Assembly: GCA_020056965.1 (NCBI GenBank)
Contig: JAGVGT010000032.1
Coordinates: forward strand, 174-64,173
Reading direction: 5' to 3'
DNA from: Deltaproteobacteria bacterium
GTDB lineage: Bacteria > Desulfobacterota > Desulfobulbia > Desulfobulbales > JAGXFP01
DNA length: 64,000 bases
The first letter of the stretch is position 1; the number at the start of each line of letters is the position of its first letter. Both the position numbers and the translations under genes were made by a program. The notes under the pieces are model-generated. The model saw only the letters and a program-made list of their open reading frames with translations. It did no database searches and had not been told where the DNA came from. Shown in pieces: positions 1 through 10,226 of this stretch.

Positions 1-5
1 AAACC

Positions 6-1664
6 CTACATGGACTCCGGGGCCTTGACCCCGATCAAATTGAGGCCGTTGCGCAGGATGATCCGCAGCCCTTCTGCCAGCCAGAGCCGGGCCCGGGAAA
101 GCGCCAGGTCCTCGCTGATGATCCGCTGCTTGTTGTAGTAGCTGTGAAACTGGGCGGCCATCTCCTGCATGAAAAAGATCACCCGGTGCGGCTCCAGATC
201 CAGGGCGGCGCTCTCGACCAGCTCCGGCCAGGCGGCCAGCATCTTTAAGAGGGCCAGCTCTTCCGGTTCCTTGAGCAGACTAAGATCGGCGTCGGCCAGT
301 TCGCCCCGCGCCACCCCCTTCTCCTCGGCCTTGCGGCTGATGCTCGACAGGCGGGCGTGGCCGTATTGCATGTAGTAAACCGGATTTTCCTGGCTCTGCT
401 TGGTGGCCAGATCGAGATCGAACTCCAGCTGGCTGTCGGCCTTGCGCATCAGGAAGAAGAAGCGCACCACATCGGTGCCGACCTCGTCAACCAGCTCATC
501 AACGGTGACGAAGTTGGCCTTGCGGGTGGACATCTTGACCTGATGGCCATCGCGCATCAGGGTGACGAACTGGTGCAGAACCACCGTGACCTTCTTGGGA
601 TCGTAACCCAAGGCCTCGACCCCGGCCAGAACATCGGGAACAGTGGCGATGTGGTCGGAGCCGAAGATATCGACCATCCAGTCAAAGCCGCGCCTGAACT
701 TCTCGCGGTGGTAGGCGATATCGGGCAGCCGGTAGGTGGGCTCGCCGGTGCTCTTGATGATCACCCGGTCCTTATCGTGACCAAACTCGGTAGCCTTGAA
801 CCAGACGGCGTCATCCTGATCGTAAACCAGCCCTTTGGCGCGCAGGGCCGCCACCACCTCGTCGATCAAACCGGAATCGTAGAGGGTGTGCTCGTTGTAG
901 TAGTTGTCGAAGTGGATACCCAGCCGCTCCAGGGTGGAGTTGATATCGGCAAAGATGGCCCGCTCGGCCCGCTCCTTGAAGATGGTGACCTCGACCGTCT
1001 CCTTTTGGCCATCACCGAACTCTTCGACCATCCCCCGGGCGATATCGCGGATGTACTCGCCCTGGTAGCCGTCCTCCGGAAAAGTAAAGGGCAGCCCCAG
1101 CAGCTCCAGGTACCGGGCCCGGGTCGACTCGCCCAGAACCCGCATCTGGCGGCCGGCATCGTTGTAGTAATACTCGCGGGTGACGGCGTGACCGGTGGCG
1201 ATCAGCAGGCGGCAGATGGCATCACCCAGGACCGCCTGACGGCCGTGGCCGACACTCAGGGGGCCGGTGGGGTTGGCGCTGACGAATTCGACCAGCACCT
1301 TGCGGCCCGCCCCGACCGCGCTCAAGCCGTATTGCTCATTTTGGCGGCAGACCTCAGGCAGCACCGATTGCCAGACCGCCGGCTGGATGAAGAAGTTGAC
1401 GAAGCCCGGCCCGGCGATCTCGCAGCGCGCGATCAACTCATCTTCGCCGGCCAGCAGCTCGACCAGCTGTGCCGCCACCTCCCGGGGCTTCTTTTTCTCG
1501 CGCCCGGCGATGATCATGGCCAGGTTGGTGGCAAAATCCCCATGCGTGCTCTGTTTGGGCTCCTCCACGACATAAGCGCCACCGGCTGCCGCCGACCAGA
1601 AACCGGCCTCGATGCCGCGCTGGAAGCACTCGCCAAGTTTTTCACTGAGACGTCTCTTGATCAT
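6..1664 (-). CDS. argS: arginine--tRNA ligase
   Basis: VEFVSANPTGPLSVGHGR (HIGH-like), REYYYNDAG, KMSTRK, NPVYYMQYGHAR; 552 aa. Confidence 0.97.
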   Translation of the reverse strand: MIKRRLSEKLGECFQRGIEAGFWSAAAGGAYVVEEPKQSTHGDFATNLAMIIAGREKKKPREVAAQLVELLAGEDELIARCEIAGPGFVNFFIQPAVWQSVLPEVCRQNEQYGLSAVGAGRKVLVEFVSANPTGPLSVGHGRQAVLGDAICRLLIATGHAVTREYYYNDAGRQMRVLGESTRARYLELLGLPFTFPEDGYQGEYIRDIARGMVEEFGDGQKETVEVTIFKERAERAIFADINSTLERLGIHFDNYYNEHTLYDSGLIDEVVAALRAKGLVYDQDDAVWFKATEFGHDKDRVIIKSTGEPTYRLPDIAYHREKFRRGFDWMVDIFGSDHIATVPDVLAGVEALGYDPKKVTVVLHQFVTLMRDGHQVKMSTRKANFVTVDELVDEVGTDVVRFFFLMRKADSQLEFDLDLATKQSQENPVYYMQYGHARLSSISRKAEEKGVARGELADADLSLLKEPEELALLKMLAAWPELVESAALDLEPHRVIFFMQEMAAQFHSYYNKQRIISEDLALSRARLWLAEGLRIILRNGLNLIGVKAPESM

Positions 1665-1717
1665 ATGACCCCAATTTATAAACTAGATTGCCTAACTTTT
1701 TCTAAAAAAACCGACCG

Positions 1718-2857
1718 TCAACGGGCCCGCTCCGCCTGATAAACCCGCTGGTTACTGGCGCCGAGCAGACAAAGCACCTCGTAGCTGATGGTCTCCTGCC
1801 AAGCGGCCAGTTCATCGGCGGTAATCTCCTCCGTCCCCTGCCGGCCCAGCAGCACGACCTCGTCGCCCGGCCCGACCCCGTCCAGCCCGGTGATATCGGC
1901 CATACAGAGGTTCATGCAGATCCGGCCGACCACCACCACCCGCCGACCACCGATGAGCACCTGGGCCTTCCCGGTCAACCGCCGCAGATAACCATCGGCA
2001 TAGCCGACCGGCAACACCGCCAACCGGGTCGGCCGCTCGGTCTTGAAGAGATGGCCGTAACTGACCCCGACACCAACCGGCACTTCCTTGACTTGCAGAA
2101 TCCGGCTCTTAAAACTCATCACCGGCCGCAAGGCCAGCCGCTCTGGCAGGCCGGGATCGCCACCAGGATAGCAGCCATAGAGGGTAATCCCCGGCCGCAC
2201 CAGATCATGGCGACTGCGCGGTTCCCGCAGGAAGGCGGCGGAATTGGCGATATGGACCAGCGGGCCGTCCCCGGCCACCCCAAGAGTGGCCACGAGTTCG
2301 CTAAAGCGGCGATTCTGGAGGCTGGTCGGAGCGAGATCCGCACTATCGGACTGGGGAAAATGGCTTAGGATCCCGGCCAGCCGCAGGGCGGTCAGACCGC
2401 CGATCAGTTCCACGTACTCCGGCAGCTCTTCGGGGCTGATACCCAGGCGCCGCATCCCGGTATCGATCTTGAGATGGACCGGCGCGGTGCGCCCGACCGC
2501 CGCCGCAGCAGCGGCCAGTTCCCGCAGGTACTCCCGGTCGTAAACCACCGGGGTCAATTCGTATTCGAGCAGGTCCGCCAGCGAACCGGTCCGACCGCCC
2601 AGCAGCACCACCACCTCGCCAGTGATTCCAGCCTCCCGCAGCCGCCGACCCTCGGCGACATCGGCCACCCCAAAGATGGCCGCCCCGGCTCGGGCCAGGC
2701 AGGCGGCCGATTCAACCAAACCATGGCCATAGGCATCGGCCTTGACCACAACCATCACCTTGACCTGGGGACCGACCAGGGCGACGATACCGCGAAAGTT
2801 GTCGCGCAGGGCCGTTAGATCAATCTCCAGCCGGTTATAATTGGCTTGCTCAACCAT
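1718..2857 (-). CDS. alr: alanine racemase
   Basis: VVKADAYGHG (PLP lysine), HLKIDTGMRRLG, GYADGY, GRICMN; start moved to the ATG at 2857 (MVEQANY). Confidence 0.95.
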   Translation of the reverse strand: MVEQANYNRLEIDLTALRDNFRGIVALVGPQVKVMVVVKADAYGHGLVESAACLARAGAAIFGVADVAEGRRLREAGITGEVVVLLGGRTGSLADLLEYELTPVVYDREYLRELAAAAAAVGRTAPVHLKIDTGMRRLGISPEELPEYVELIGGLTALRLAGILSHFPQSDSADLAPTSLQNRRFSELVATLGVAGDGPLVHIANSAAFLREPRSRHDLVRPGITLYGCYPGGDPGLPERLALRPVMSFKSRILQVKEVPVGVGVSYGHLFKTERPTRLAVLPVGYADGYLRRLTGKAQVLIGGRRVVVVGRICMNLCMADITGLDGVGPGDEVVLLGRQGTEEITADELAAWQETISYEVLCLLGASNQRVYQAERAR

Positions 2858-3293
2858 CGTTGACGACCTCATCAGGACCACGCCGCAGCCAGGCGGTCCA
2901 ACCCACCCGACTCGACCAGAACAACCCCGAGCCAACGGTGGCGTAGATCAGCCCGGTAATCCAGAGCGGCAGGGGCGACATTCGCAAGCCCCGCCCCAGA
3001 ACGATCATGGCCGCCACCAGCAGCCAGGTCTTGACCGAATAAACTCCGCCGATGCACCTGGCCCCGTCCAGGGCCCGGAGCCGCTCCATATTGCGCCGGA
3101 CCACCCGGTCCAGAATCAGTCGCGACTTAAGGCCACCCAGCACCAGGGCGGCCGCCAGCCACCACTCCCGGCCTGAACCGGAGACCGCCAGAACGCCGCG
3201 GACCAGGAGCATCAAACCGATCCCGCTCCAGAGCAAGGCGGCGACGAAGATTCTGGTCCTGATCTGGGCGGCGGGAACAAAGCGAGTGGCCAT
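2850..3293 (-). CDS. small integral membrane protein, function unknown
   Basis: 147 aa with ~4 hydrophobic segments; GAAGG upstream; overlaps the alr start. Confidence 0.75.
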   Translation of the reverse strand: MATRFVPAAQIRTRIFVAALLWSGIGLMLLVRGVLAVSGSGREWWLAAALVLGGLKSRLILDRVVRRNMERLRALDGARCIGGVYSVKTWLLVAAMIVLGRGLRMSPLPLWITGLIYATVGSGLFWSSRVGWTAWLRRGPDEVVNDG

Positions 3294-3384
3294 GCTACCA
3301 CCTTCTGAAAGCTCTGTAGATAAATAGGTGTTCGCCCCAGCCGGACAAGTGGGGGGCGACTACTTTCAACCCCGGCAAATATAA

Positions 3385-3428
3385 CAAAAAAATGGGCCTA
3401 CCTCCACCCTTGGCGGAGACAGGCCCAC
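3385..3428 (-). terminator. probable intrinsic terminator of the ferredoxin gene
   Basis: imperfect stem tgggcct...aggccca next to an A-run (U-run on the minus strand). Confidence 0.5.
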
Positions 3429-3460
3429 GTTTCCGTCCGGAAAATGGCCGGAAGCGAGAA

Positions 3461-3646
3461 TCAAACCTCGGTTACGGTGATGGCGCCCTCGGGACAGACC
3501 TCAACGCAGGTCTCACAGCCCAGACACTCGTCCATGTTAACGGGCTCGGCCTTGCCGTCCACCATCTCGAATACCTGAGCGGGGCAGGCGTTTACACATT
3601 CCTCATCACCAACACACTTGTCTTTGTCGACTTCTACCTGGAACAT
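3461..3646 (-). CDS. dicluster ferredoxin (7Fe/8Fe type)
   Basis: CVGDEECVNACP and CLGCETCVEVCP motifs; 61 aa, acidic; GGAGG RBS. Confidence 0.93.
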   Translation of the reverse strand: MFQVEVDKDKCVGDEECVNACPAQVFEMVDGKAEPVNMDECLGCETCVEVCPEGAITVTEV

Positions 3647-3928
3647 AACTAGAACCTCCGTGATTTTTTTTAATAACTCTAATAGGTTAACAACTGTCAG
3701 ACCTGTTAGCCAATCGAGTTGACCGACCAGTTAATGACACAACTACCATCCTCTAATTCAGTGCCGTTTTTTTGTCAACGAAAAAACCAACCTAAAACCG
3801 AGCCCCCTGGCAACCCACCCACCAGGTTGATATTGACCAGTCCGCCCCGATAATTTATAGAGGGAGGCGGACCTATTACCGCCGCCAAACCCGGCGGAAG
3901 AATCAGCCATCTCGTTAGCGAGGAGCTC

Positions 3929-4291
3929 ATGAGCGAATCAAACCAAAAATCTGAAAGAAAGAAAAGCGCCCCGAAGATCGTCGCCGAGAAAAATGAAGAG
4001 GCCATGATCGGCGGCATCATCGAAGGCAGTCCCGATTCCATCGGCGTGGCGGTGGTGCGGCTGGCCTGCGGTTGCCGGAAGATGGCGGCCATCAACAAGG
4101 AGGGCGAGGCAGCCAGCAAGGTCATCATGTACCGCGACTCCGCCTCATCCATCTGCGATCTGTGCAAGGAGGACAACGGCGCCTTCTCCCGGGTTACCGA
4201 GCAATTCATCCACTGGGACGGCGAGCCACCCACTGAGGCCGAGCAGAAAAGGATCGAGGCCAAAATCTTCGGGACTTACGGCAACGCCTGA
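3929..4291 (+). CDS. hypothetical Cys4 protein (CxC...CxxC)
   Basis: GAGGAG RBS, host-like codon usage, LACGCRK and ICDLCK motifs. Confidence 0.8.
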   Translation: MSESNQKSERKKSAPKIVAEKNEEAMIGGIIEGSPDSIGVAVVRLACGCRKMAAINKEGEAASKVIMYRDSASSICDLCKEDNGAFSRVTEQFIHWDGEPPTEAEQKRIEAKIFGTYGNA

Positions 4292-5724
4292 GCCTTTCGG
4301 AAGGCCCAGGCCCGCTTGACCAGGGCCGGAGCCCATTCCGGGGTACCGAGGGCGTGAATGTGGGTGTACAGGGCCAGGACGTTCTTGTGTACCAACCCAT
4401 CCCGCCCTTCGGCAAACCCCACCCCCCTTTCCATGCGCCCCACCAGCCCCGCCGGATCGGCGGACCAGGCCTGCACCCGGCTGTAACGGAATTCATGGCC
4501 GCTGATCCTAGTACCGGCCGGGTAGAAGGAATTTTCCCCCTCCAAAATCAGCTTCGTGTACCCGTGCGCCTGGGGCTTTTTCTCCAGCGAGAAGTCGACC
4601 GGGAAGATGCCGACCAATTCATGCGCTTGTCCCGCCATGGTTATGCTGCGGCCCAGATAGATTAGCCCGCCACACTCCGCATAGACCGGCAGCCCCGCCG
4701 CCACCCGTTGCCGCAGCGATTGCAGGAAAGAGCGGTTCGCCGCCAACTCCCCGGCCCGATTTTCCGGAAAGCCGCCGCCGATATAGAGGGCATCAAGCGT
4801 CGGCAATTCCCGATCAACCAGGGCATTGATCTCCACCAACTCGGCCCCCTCGGCCATCAGGGCCTCCAGATTTTCCTGATAATAGAACTGAAAGGCGGCA
4901 TCGCGAATGACCCCGATCCGGACCGGGTCGGCGACCCAAGAAATCTTGGCCGGTGGGGCACCAGCCTCGCCAATAGCTACTTCGGCCATGCAGGCCTTGA
5001 TCCCGGGCAGGTCGAGATATTTAGCGGCCCGTTCGGCCAGACTGGCGATGGCCGCCCCGGCGTCTTCATGTTCCGGTCCCGGCGTCACTCCAAGATGCCG
5101 CTGGGGAAAGACGTCCTCGCGGGACCTGGGCAGGGCGCCGAGGACCGGAATGCCGGTATAGTGTTCCACCGCCTGCCGGACGATGCTTTCCTGGCGGCCG
5201 GTACCGATCCGGTTCAGGACCACCCCGCCGATCCGGACCCGGGGGTCGAAATCCCGGCAGCCCAGGACCAGGGCCGCCACCGTCCTGGTGGTCTTGGTGC
5301 AATCCACCACCAGGAGGACCGGCAGGTCCAGCGCCACCGCCAGCTCGGCGGTGGAACAGCTCCCCTCCAGATCGACCCCGTCAAAGAGCCCCCGGTTACC
5401 TTCGATCAGCGCATAGTCAGCCAGGCGGCTGTGCTTGAGAAACGAACCGCGCAGAATCTCCCGCTCCATCAGAAAGGGATCGAGGTTGTAGCAGGGGGCT
5501 CCGGCCGCCAAGGCCAACCAGCCGGCATCGATATAATCCGGACCCTTTTTAAAGGGGGCAACTTTCGCGCCAGCGCGGGTCAGGGCGGCAGTCAGCCCGA
5601 CCGCCACCACACTTTTGCCCGCCCCACCCGAGAGTCCAGCCACCACCAACCCGAGAGGAGCCCGAGAGGTCGGGGAATTGCCGGCAAGCACCGCGTTTCT
5701 GATGTTGGTCGTACCGCTGGTCAT
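4276..5724 (-). CDS. dsrN: cobyrinate a,c-diamide synthase homolog, probably siroheme amidase DsrN
   Basis: SGGAGKS, FKKGPDYID, GGGFPE, YAECGG, GHEFRYS; the dsrN name rests on its position near dsrABD. Confidence 0.85.
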   Translation of the reverse strand: MTSGTTNIRNAVLAGNSPTSRAPLGLVVAGLSGGAGKSVVAVGLTAALTRAGAKVAPFKKGPDYIDAGWLALAAGAPCYNLDPFLMEREILRGSFLKHSRLADYALIEGNRGLFDGVDLEGSCSTAELAVALDLPVLLVVDCTKTTRTVAALVLGCRDFDPRVRIGGVVLNRIGTGRQESIVRQAVEHYTGIPVLGALPRSREDVFPQRHLGVTPGPEHEDAGAAIASLAERAAKYLDLPGIKACMAEVAIGEAGAPPAKISWVADPVRIGVIRDAAFQFYYQENLEALMAEGAELVEINALVDRELPTLDALYIGGGFPENRAGELAANRSFLQSLRQRVAAGLPVYAECGGLIYLGRSITMAGQAHELVGIFPVDFSLEKKPQAHGYTKLILEGENSFYPAGTRISGHEFRYSRVQAWSADPAGLVGRMERGVGFAEGRDGLVHKNVLALYTHIHALGTPEWAPALVKRAWAFRKAQALP

Positions 5725-5979
5725 TTCTTGGCCTACTGTTGATGTTCTGATCGAAAAAACCGGAATCTACCGCAGATCTTGGGGCAATTCAAAGTTTTTG
5801 ACTAAGAAAGGCCATTATGTTAACTTCTCGGCCTTGCCAGTGGCCGATTAGGTGCTTAATTGTCCGGATTCAGCCCCTATTTGGTGTCTGCCGCAGTGCT
5901 CTTCCGCGGCGTCAATCCGGTTGTCAATTCCCAGCTCAACGCTCCGCGGCTGGATAAAATTTTCTTAAATGAGGTCGCC

Positions 5980-6600
5980 ATGTCCACCAACGAAGATTTG
6001 CACAAGGTCATCGCCGAACTGGAAAAGAAGTGTGTAGAACTGCCCCAGAACATCATGGCCCACCACAACCTGGCCCTGGTCTACCGCCAGGCCGGACGGG
6101 TTGAGGATGCAATCCGGGAACTGGAACAGTGCCTGGAAATCGACCCCCACTCGGTCGAGTCCCTGGTCAATCTCGGAGCCATCTACTTCGAGCAGGGCAA
6201 GGTCGAGGCGGCCCTGGCCGCCAACCAGAAGGCCCTCAAGGTAACCGAGGAATCCGCCCAGGCCCACACCAATATCGGCCTGATCCGGCAACAGGAAGGC
6301 GACGCCGAAGCGGCCATCGCCTCCTACACCAAGGCCGTCCAGCACGACCCCAAACTGGTCACGGCCTGGATCAACCTGGCCTCGGCCCAGATCATGGCCG
6401 GCGATTTCGCCCAGGCTATCAAGGCCGTCAAGGAAGGCCTCAAGCTGGAGCCGGAGTTCCCGGTGGCCCACAACAACCTGGCCGTCGCCCTCTTCTACAG
6501 CAAGGATTTCGCCGGGGCGCTCAAAGAAGCTGAAAAGGCCAAAAACCTCGGCTATCCGGTCGACCAGCGGCTCTTCGACGCCATCAGTAAAGAGCTTTAG
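5980..6600 (+). CDS. tetratricopeptide repeat protein
   Basis: repeated AHHNLA / SLVNLG / AHTNIG / AWINLA / AHNNLA at 34-aa spacing; GAGG RBS before the ATG at 5980. Confidence 0.9.
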   Translation: MSTNEDLHKVIAELEKKCVELPQNIMAHHNLALVYRQAGRVEDAIRELEQCLEIDPHSVESLVNLGAIYFEQGKVEAALAANQKALKVTEESAQAHTNIGLIRQQEGDAEAAIASYTKAVQHDPKLVTAWINLASAQIMAGDFAQAIKAVKEGLKLEPEFPVAHNNLAVALFYSKDFAGALKEAEKAKNLGYPVDQRLFDAISKEL

Positions 6601-6603
6601 ACC

Positions 6604-7749
6604 ATGAAGAAAAAGGGCAAGTTCAAGACCCGGCCCTGGTGCCCGTTCTGCGGCCAGACCGTCGGTAAACCCAAGCCCCCGGTGAGCCGCAAGCTCGGCG
6701 AATTCACCATCGGCTCCTGCCAGTGCGGAGCCGTTTATACCTCCGATCCCACCGGCCACAATGTCGGCTCGGCCATGGTCGAGGCCATGGTGCTGGCCTG
6801 CAACGACGATTGGGACCTGGCCTGGGAACTGATGCCGGAAGACGACTATCTGACCGGTCGCCTGGAGAATTACGACGAGCAAACCGACCAGGTAGTGGAG
6901 GGCGGTTATCTGGACGGCCGCACCATCCGGGGGGTCATCTACTTTGTCCGTCTGCACAAGGAAATCGCCGAGATCACCGCCCGCTTCCACAACAAACAAC
7001 TCGGTGGTCAGTCAGCCGCAAATCCGGCCGACGAGGCGCTGCTGCCCGAACTGGAACCGGCCCGCGACCCGCGCCGGAAGCGGCGCAAGGCGGATAAAAC
7101 CGTGGTACGGCAACTGGTTGGAGCTGGCGACATTGAAGGTCTGGTCGATCTGGCCTTCGACGATGTCAAGGTCCTCTGGTTCATGCAGCGGCTGCTTTAC
7201 GATCCGGCCGAGGCCTCACGCTGGCGGACCGCCCACATCATCGGTCAGGTCTGCGGGCGGCTTTCCACCCGGCAACCCGGTTCGGTCAGCGACCTTCTGC
7301 ATCGGCTCTTCGAGGCCTGCGCCGATTCGGCCGCAACCAACTGGGGTCTGCTGGAAACCATCGGCGCCATCATCGCCGCCCGTTCGGACATGTTCGGGGC
7401 CTTTACCCGGCACCTGCTGCGATACACCAGTCACCCGTCCACCCGAAATCAGGTAATCTGGGCCTTCGGCACCATTGCCGAAAAGCGGCCCGACCTGATC
7501 CGCAGCACCTCCTTCTACCAGCTCCTGCATCTGGTCGAAGACCCCGATCCGCTACTGCGGGGCCTGATGCTCCGGTTGCTCGGCCGCCTGCGCGCCACCG
7601 AATCGATATCCGCCATGGAAAGACTGATCGACGACCCGGCTCCAATTATCTATTACGAAAATGGCGCCCCGGTTCAGACCACCGTGGGAGAGATGGCCAG
7701 GGATGCCATTCGCCTTACCAATCAGCCCAAGGAGAAGACCAGTGAGTGA
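6604..7749 (+). CDS. N-terminal Cys4 (CPFC...CQC) domain plus HEAT-like repeats; resembles uncharacterised DVU0298-type proteins of sulfate reducers
   Basis: PWCPFCG, GSCQCGAVY, helical C-terminal repeats; family name is from memory and unverified. Confidence 0.75.
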   Translation: MKKKGKFKTRPWCPFCGQTVGKPKPPVSRKLGEFTIGSCQCGAVYTSDPTGHNVGSAMVEAMVLACNDDWDLAWELMPEDDYLTGRLENYDEQTDQVVEGGYLDGRTIRGVIYFVRLHKEIAEITARFHNKQLGGQSAANPADEALLPELEPARDPRRKRRKADKTVVRQLVGAGDIEGLVDLAFDDVKVLWFMQRLLYDPAEASRWRTAHIIGQVCGRLSTRQPGSVSDLLHRLFEACADSAATNWGLLETIGAIIAARSDMFGAFTRHLLRYTSHPSTRNQVIWAFGTIAEKRPDLIRSTSFYQLLHLVEDPDPLLRGLMLRLLGRLRATESISAMERLIDDPAPIIYYENGAPVQTTVGEMARDAIRLTNQPKEKTSE

Positions 7750-8308
7750 CAGCACCCCTCGCGACCAGAGCAAGATCAGCGACCCGGCCAAGGAGGAGTT
7801 CGACCGCGGCTGCCAGTTTATGGAAAACCACGACCTGGCCCAGGCCGCCAATGCCTTTCACAATGCCCTGTTGGACTACAAAGAACGCCGGGATGACAAG
7901 GGGATTGCCAACGCCTCCGACAAGCTGGCCGATGTCTGCCTGGAAAAGGCAGACTACGCCCGGGCGCTGCCCCATTTGGATCGGGCCATGGCCATCTGCG
8001 AGCCGGCCAATGACGACTTCAGCATCACCGCCCTCCGCAAAAAGTATGCCCGTGCCTACGACGGCATGGGTGAACACACCAAGGCCCTGGAGGTAAATCT
8101 GGTTCTGCTGGAAACCTACAAGGCCTTCGGCGACCCGGGCAGCGCGGTGCGGACCCTCGAGAACATGGCCAAAACCTACCTGGCCATGCACGACCGCGAA
8201 AAGGCCGCCGAGGCCCTGCGCACCGCCGCCGATATTCACCTGAGTTTCAAACACACCCGGCACGCCGCCGAGTTCGAAGCGAGGGCGCAGGAACTGCTGA
8301 AAGACTGA
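7742..8308 (+). CDS. TPR-like helical repeat protein
   Basis: GTG start after an AAGGAG RBS, overlapping the upstream stop; GIANASDKLA / SAVRTLENMA repeats. Confidence 0.82.
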   Translation: MSDSTPRDQSKISDPAKEEFDRGCQFMENHDLAQAANAFHNALLDYKERRDDKGIANASDKLADVCLEKADYARALPHLDRAMAICEPANDDFSITALRKKYARAYDGMGEHTKALEVNLVLLETYKAFGDPGSAVRTLENMAKTYLAMHDREKAAEALRTAADIHLSFKHTRHAAEFEARAQELLKD

Positions 8309-8356
8309 AACTCACGGCACCGAATCATCGCCAACAGTATCGCAATCAGCCACTGA

Positions 8357-8391
8357 ATGGGCAGAAGAGTCCGAGCTACTCTTCTGCCCAT
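8357..8391. terminator. perfect 14-bp hairpin after the TPR operon
   Basis: atgggcagaagagt-N7-actcttctgcccat; only a weak U-tail. Confidence 0.55.
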
Positions 8392-8703
8392 ATTACTACG
8401 ACCAGAGCACACCCCCTTACCTCTCTGCGCGCCAGATGTTGAAGAGGGTGATGCATGGTGCGGATTAGTTGTCACTCCAAATTCCAGACTAGACTAGGCG
8501 CCATACTCCAGCCCCGATCCATTCACTGCCGCCTCCCGCCAAAAACTCCCACTACTTGTGCCCCCCAAACAGGACACCTAGCAGCAAAGGCCGCCTCGTT
8601 TGATCGGGAGCAAAAACCCACATTCCTCAAGGGCAGTTCTTCCCCACTCCCCATCCCCTTGCCGAATCGCAGCCGCCAGCCCCTTAAAAGTAATGCGCTA
8701 AAC

Positions 8704-8737
8704 AAAAAAAGGGACACCGGATAACCGGTGCCCCTTT
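8704..8737 (-). terminator. intrinsic terminator of dsrABD
   Basis: gggacaccgg-ataa-ccggtgccc with A7 (U-run on the minus strand). Confidence 0.8.
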
Positions 8738-8780
8738 CAACTCATAGACTTACTAGCTTAGGAAAGATGCGGCTCAGACT

Positions 8781-9014
8781 CTATCTGTGCTCCTCATCCT
8801 TGGCGCGACCCACAGCAGCATACATGGTGGTGCTGCCGCTTGACCAGAATACCATCTTGCCATCCTTAACCAAATCATTGGCAGCATTCTTAATGTCACG
8901 CGGACCAGACTCGGGGTCACATTCGTAAAAATCCTTAACATACAACTGGGGTTTTGCCGCAGTCATCGCCTTGTTAAGAATCTTAGCTTTTAGTTCATCC
9001 TTGCTTAAAGCCAT
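8781..9014 (-). CDS. dsrD: dissimilatory sulfite reductase D
   Basis: 77 aa, YVKDF and FWSSGSTTMY signatures; directly after dsrB. Confidence 0.95.
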   Translation of the reverse strand: MALSKDELKAKILNKAMTAAKPQLYVKDFYECDPESGPRDIKNAANDLVKDGKMVFWSSGSTTMYAAVGRAKDEEHR

Positions 9015-9035
9015 CTTTCCACTCCTTCGCTAAGG

Positions 9036-10166
9036 TTATTTGATATGGCTGGTGAACTTGAACTGGGTGGTGGTTCTCCAGGTGTCATAAGCCAGGCGAT
9101 AGTCATCAACACTCTTGATGGTGAAGGGAATATCGCATTTCTCAAAGAACTTCTCCCAACCGATCCGCTCGGCCCACTCACCAATCCGCTCGTACTTACG
9201 AGCGTCTTTGGCCCACGCCTCAAGGATGCCCTTGACGGCCTGAACAACTTCCGGCCAACGGGGCGGGTTGTTGGGCAGGAAGGGGATCACCAGCTTGGAG
9301 AAGGTCGGCATGGACCGGCTATTGGAAACCTTGCCGCCCACCAGGATAGCGCAACCATCGCCATCCGGATCAGCCAGAGGCATGGAGGGACACATGGTGT
9401 AGCAGTTACCGCAGAACATGCAGCGCTCGGCGTTAACGGATACCGATTTGATCTCCTGCCCAGCTGCGTTGGTGGCCTTACGGGGCTTAACCGCACCCAG
9501 AGGACAGGCAGAGATAGCCAGCGGAATCTCGCAGACGGCGCTGATGGTCTCATCATCAACCATCGGCGGCTTACGATGAACGCCAAGGATAGCGATATCG
9601 GAAGCATGTACCGCACCGCACATGTTGAGGCAGCAGGCCAGAGCCATCTTGCACTTGGCCGGCAACTTCATGGTGGTGAAGTAGTCGAACAGTTCGTCCA
9701 TGACCGCCTTAACCACGCCGGAGGCGTCGGTAGCCGGGGTATGGCAGTGAATCCAGCCCTGGGTATGAACCACATTGCTGACACAGGCGCCGGTGCCGCC
9801 AACAGGGAACCGGTTACCACGACCCTTCAGCTCATCCAGCAGCGGCTGAACTTTGGCCTTGGCGTCAACCATGAACTCCACGTTGTTACGGGTGGTGAAG
9901 CGCAGGTAGCCGTCACAATGCTTGTCGGCGACATCACACAACTCGCGGATCTGCTCAATACTGATCAAACGGGCGGAACCAACACGAACTGTGTAAACCT
10001 CGTCGCCGGTCTCGCTCTTGTGCATCAGAACACCAGGCTGAATGATCTCATGATAGAGCCACTTGCCGTAGTTGTTCTTGATAACCGGCGGAAAAAAACG
10101 CTCATAGTGGGGGGGCCCGATGTCTGTGATTCTGTCTAACATCGGATTTGCCGGATCGTAACCCAT
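9036..10166 (-). CDS. dsrB: dissimilatory sulfite reductase beta subunit
   Basis: [39 protein letters not shown]. Confidence 0.99.
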   Translation of the reverse strand: MGYDPANPMLDRITDIGPPHYERFFPPVIKNNYGKWLYHEIIQPGVLMHKSETGDEVYTVRVGSARLISIEQIRELCDVADKHCDGYLRFTTRNNVEFMVDAKAKVQPLLDELKGRGNRFPVGGTGACVSNVVHTQGWIHCHTPATDASGVVKAVMDELFDYFTTMKLPAKCKMALACCLNMCGAVHASDIAILGVHRKPPMVDDETISAVCEIPLAISACPLGAVKPRKATNAAGQEIKSVSVNAERCMFCGNCYTMCPSMPLADPDGDGCAILVGGKVSNSRSMPTFSKLVIPFLPNNPPRWPEVVQAVKGILEAWAKDARKYERIGEWAERIGWEKFFEKCDIPFTIKSVDDYRLAYDTWRTTTQFKFTSHIK

Positions 10167-10226
10167 AATCTATCCTCCTAAAGTATATGTCGATGTTCTT
10201 GACTATCCAATTTCAGTAAATACGCC

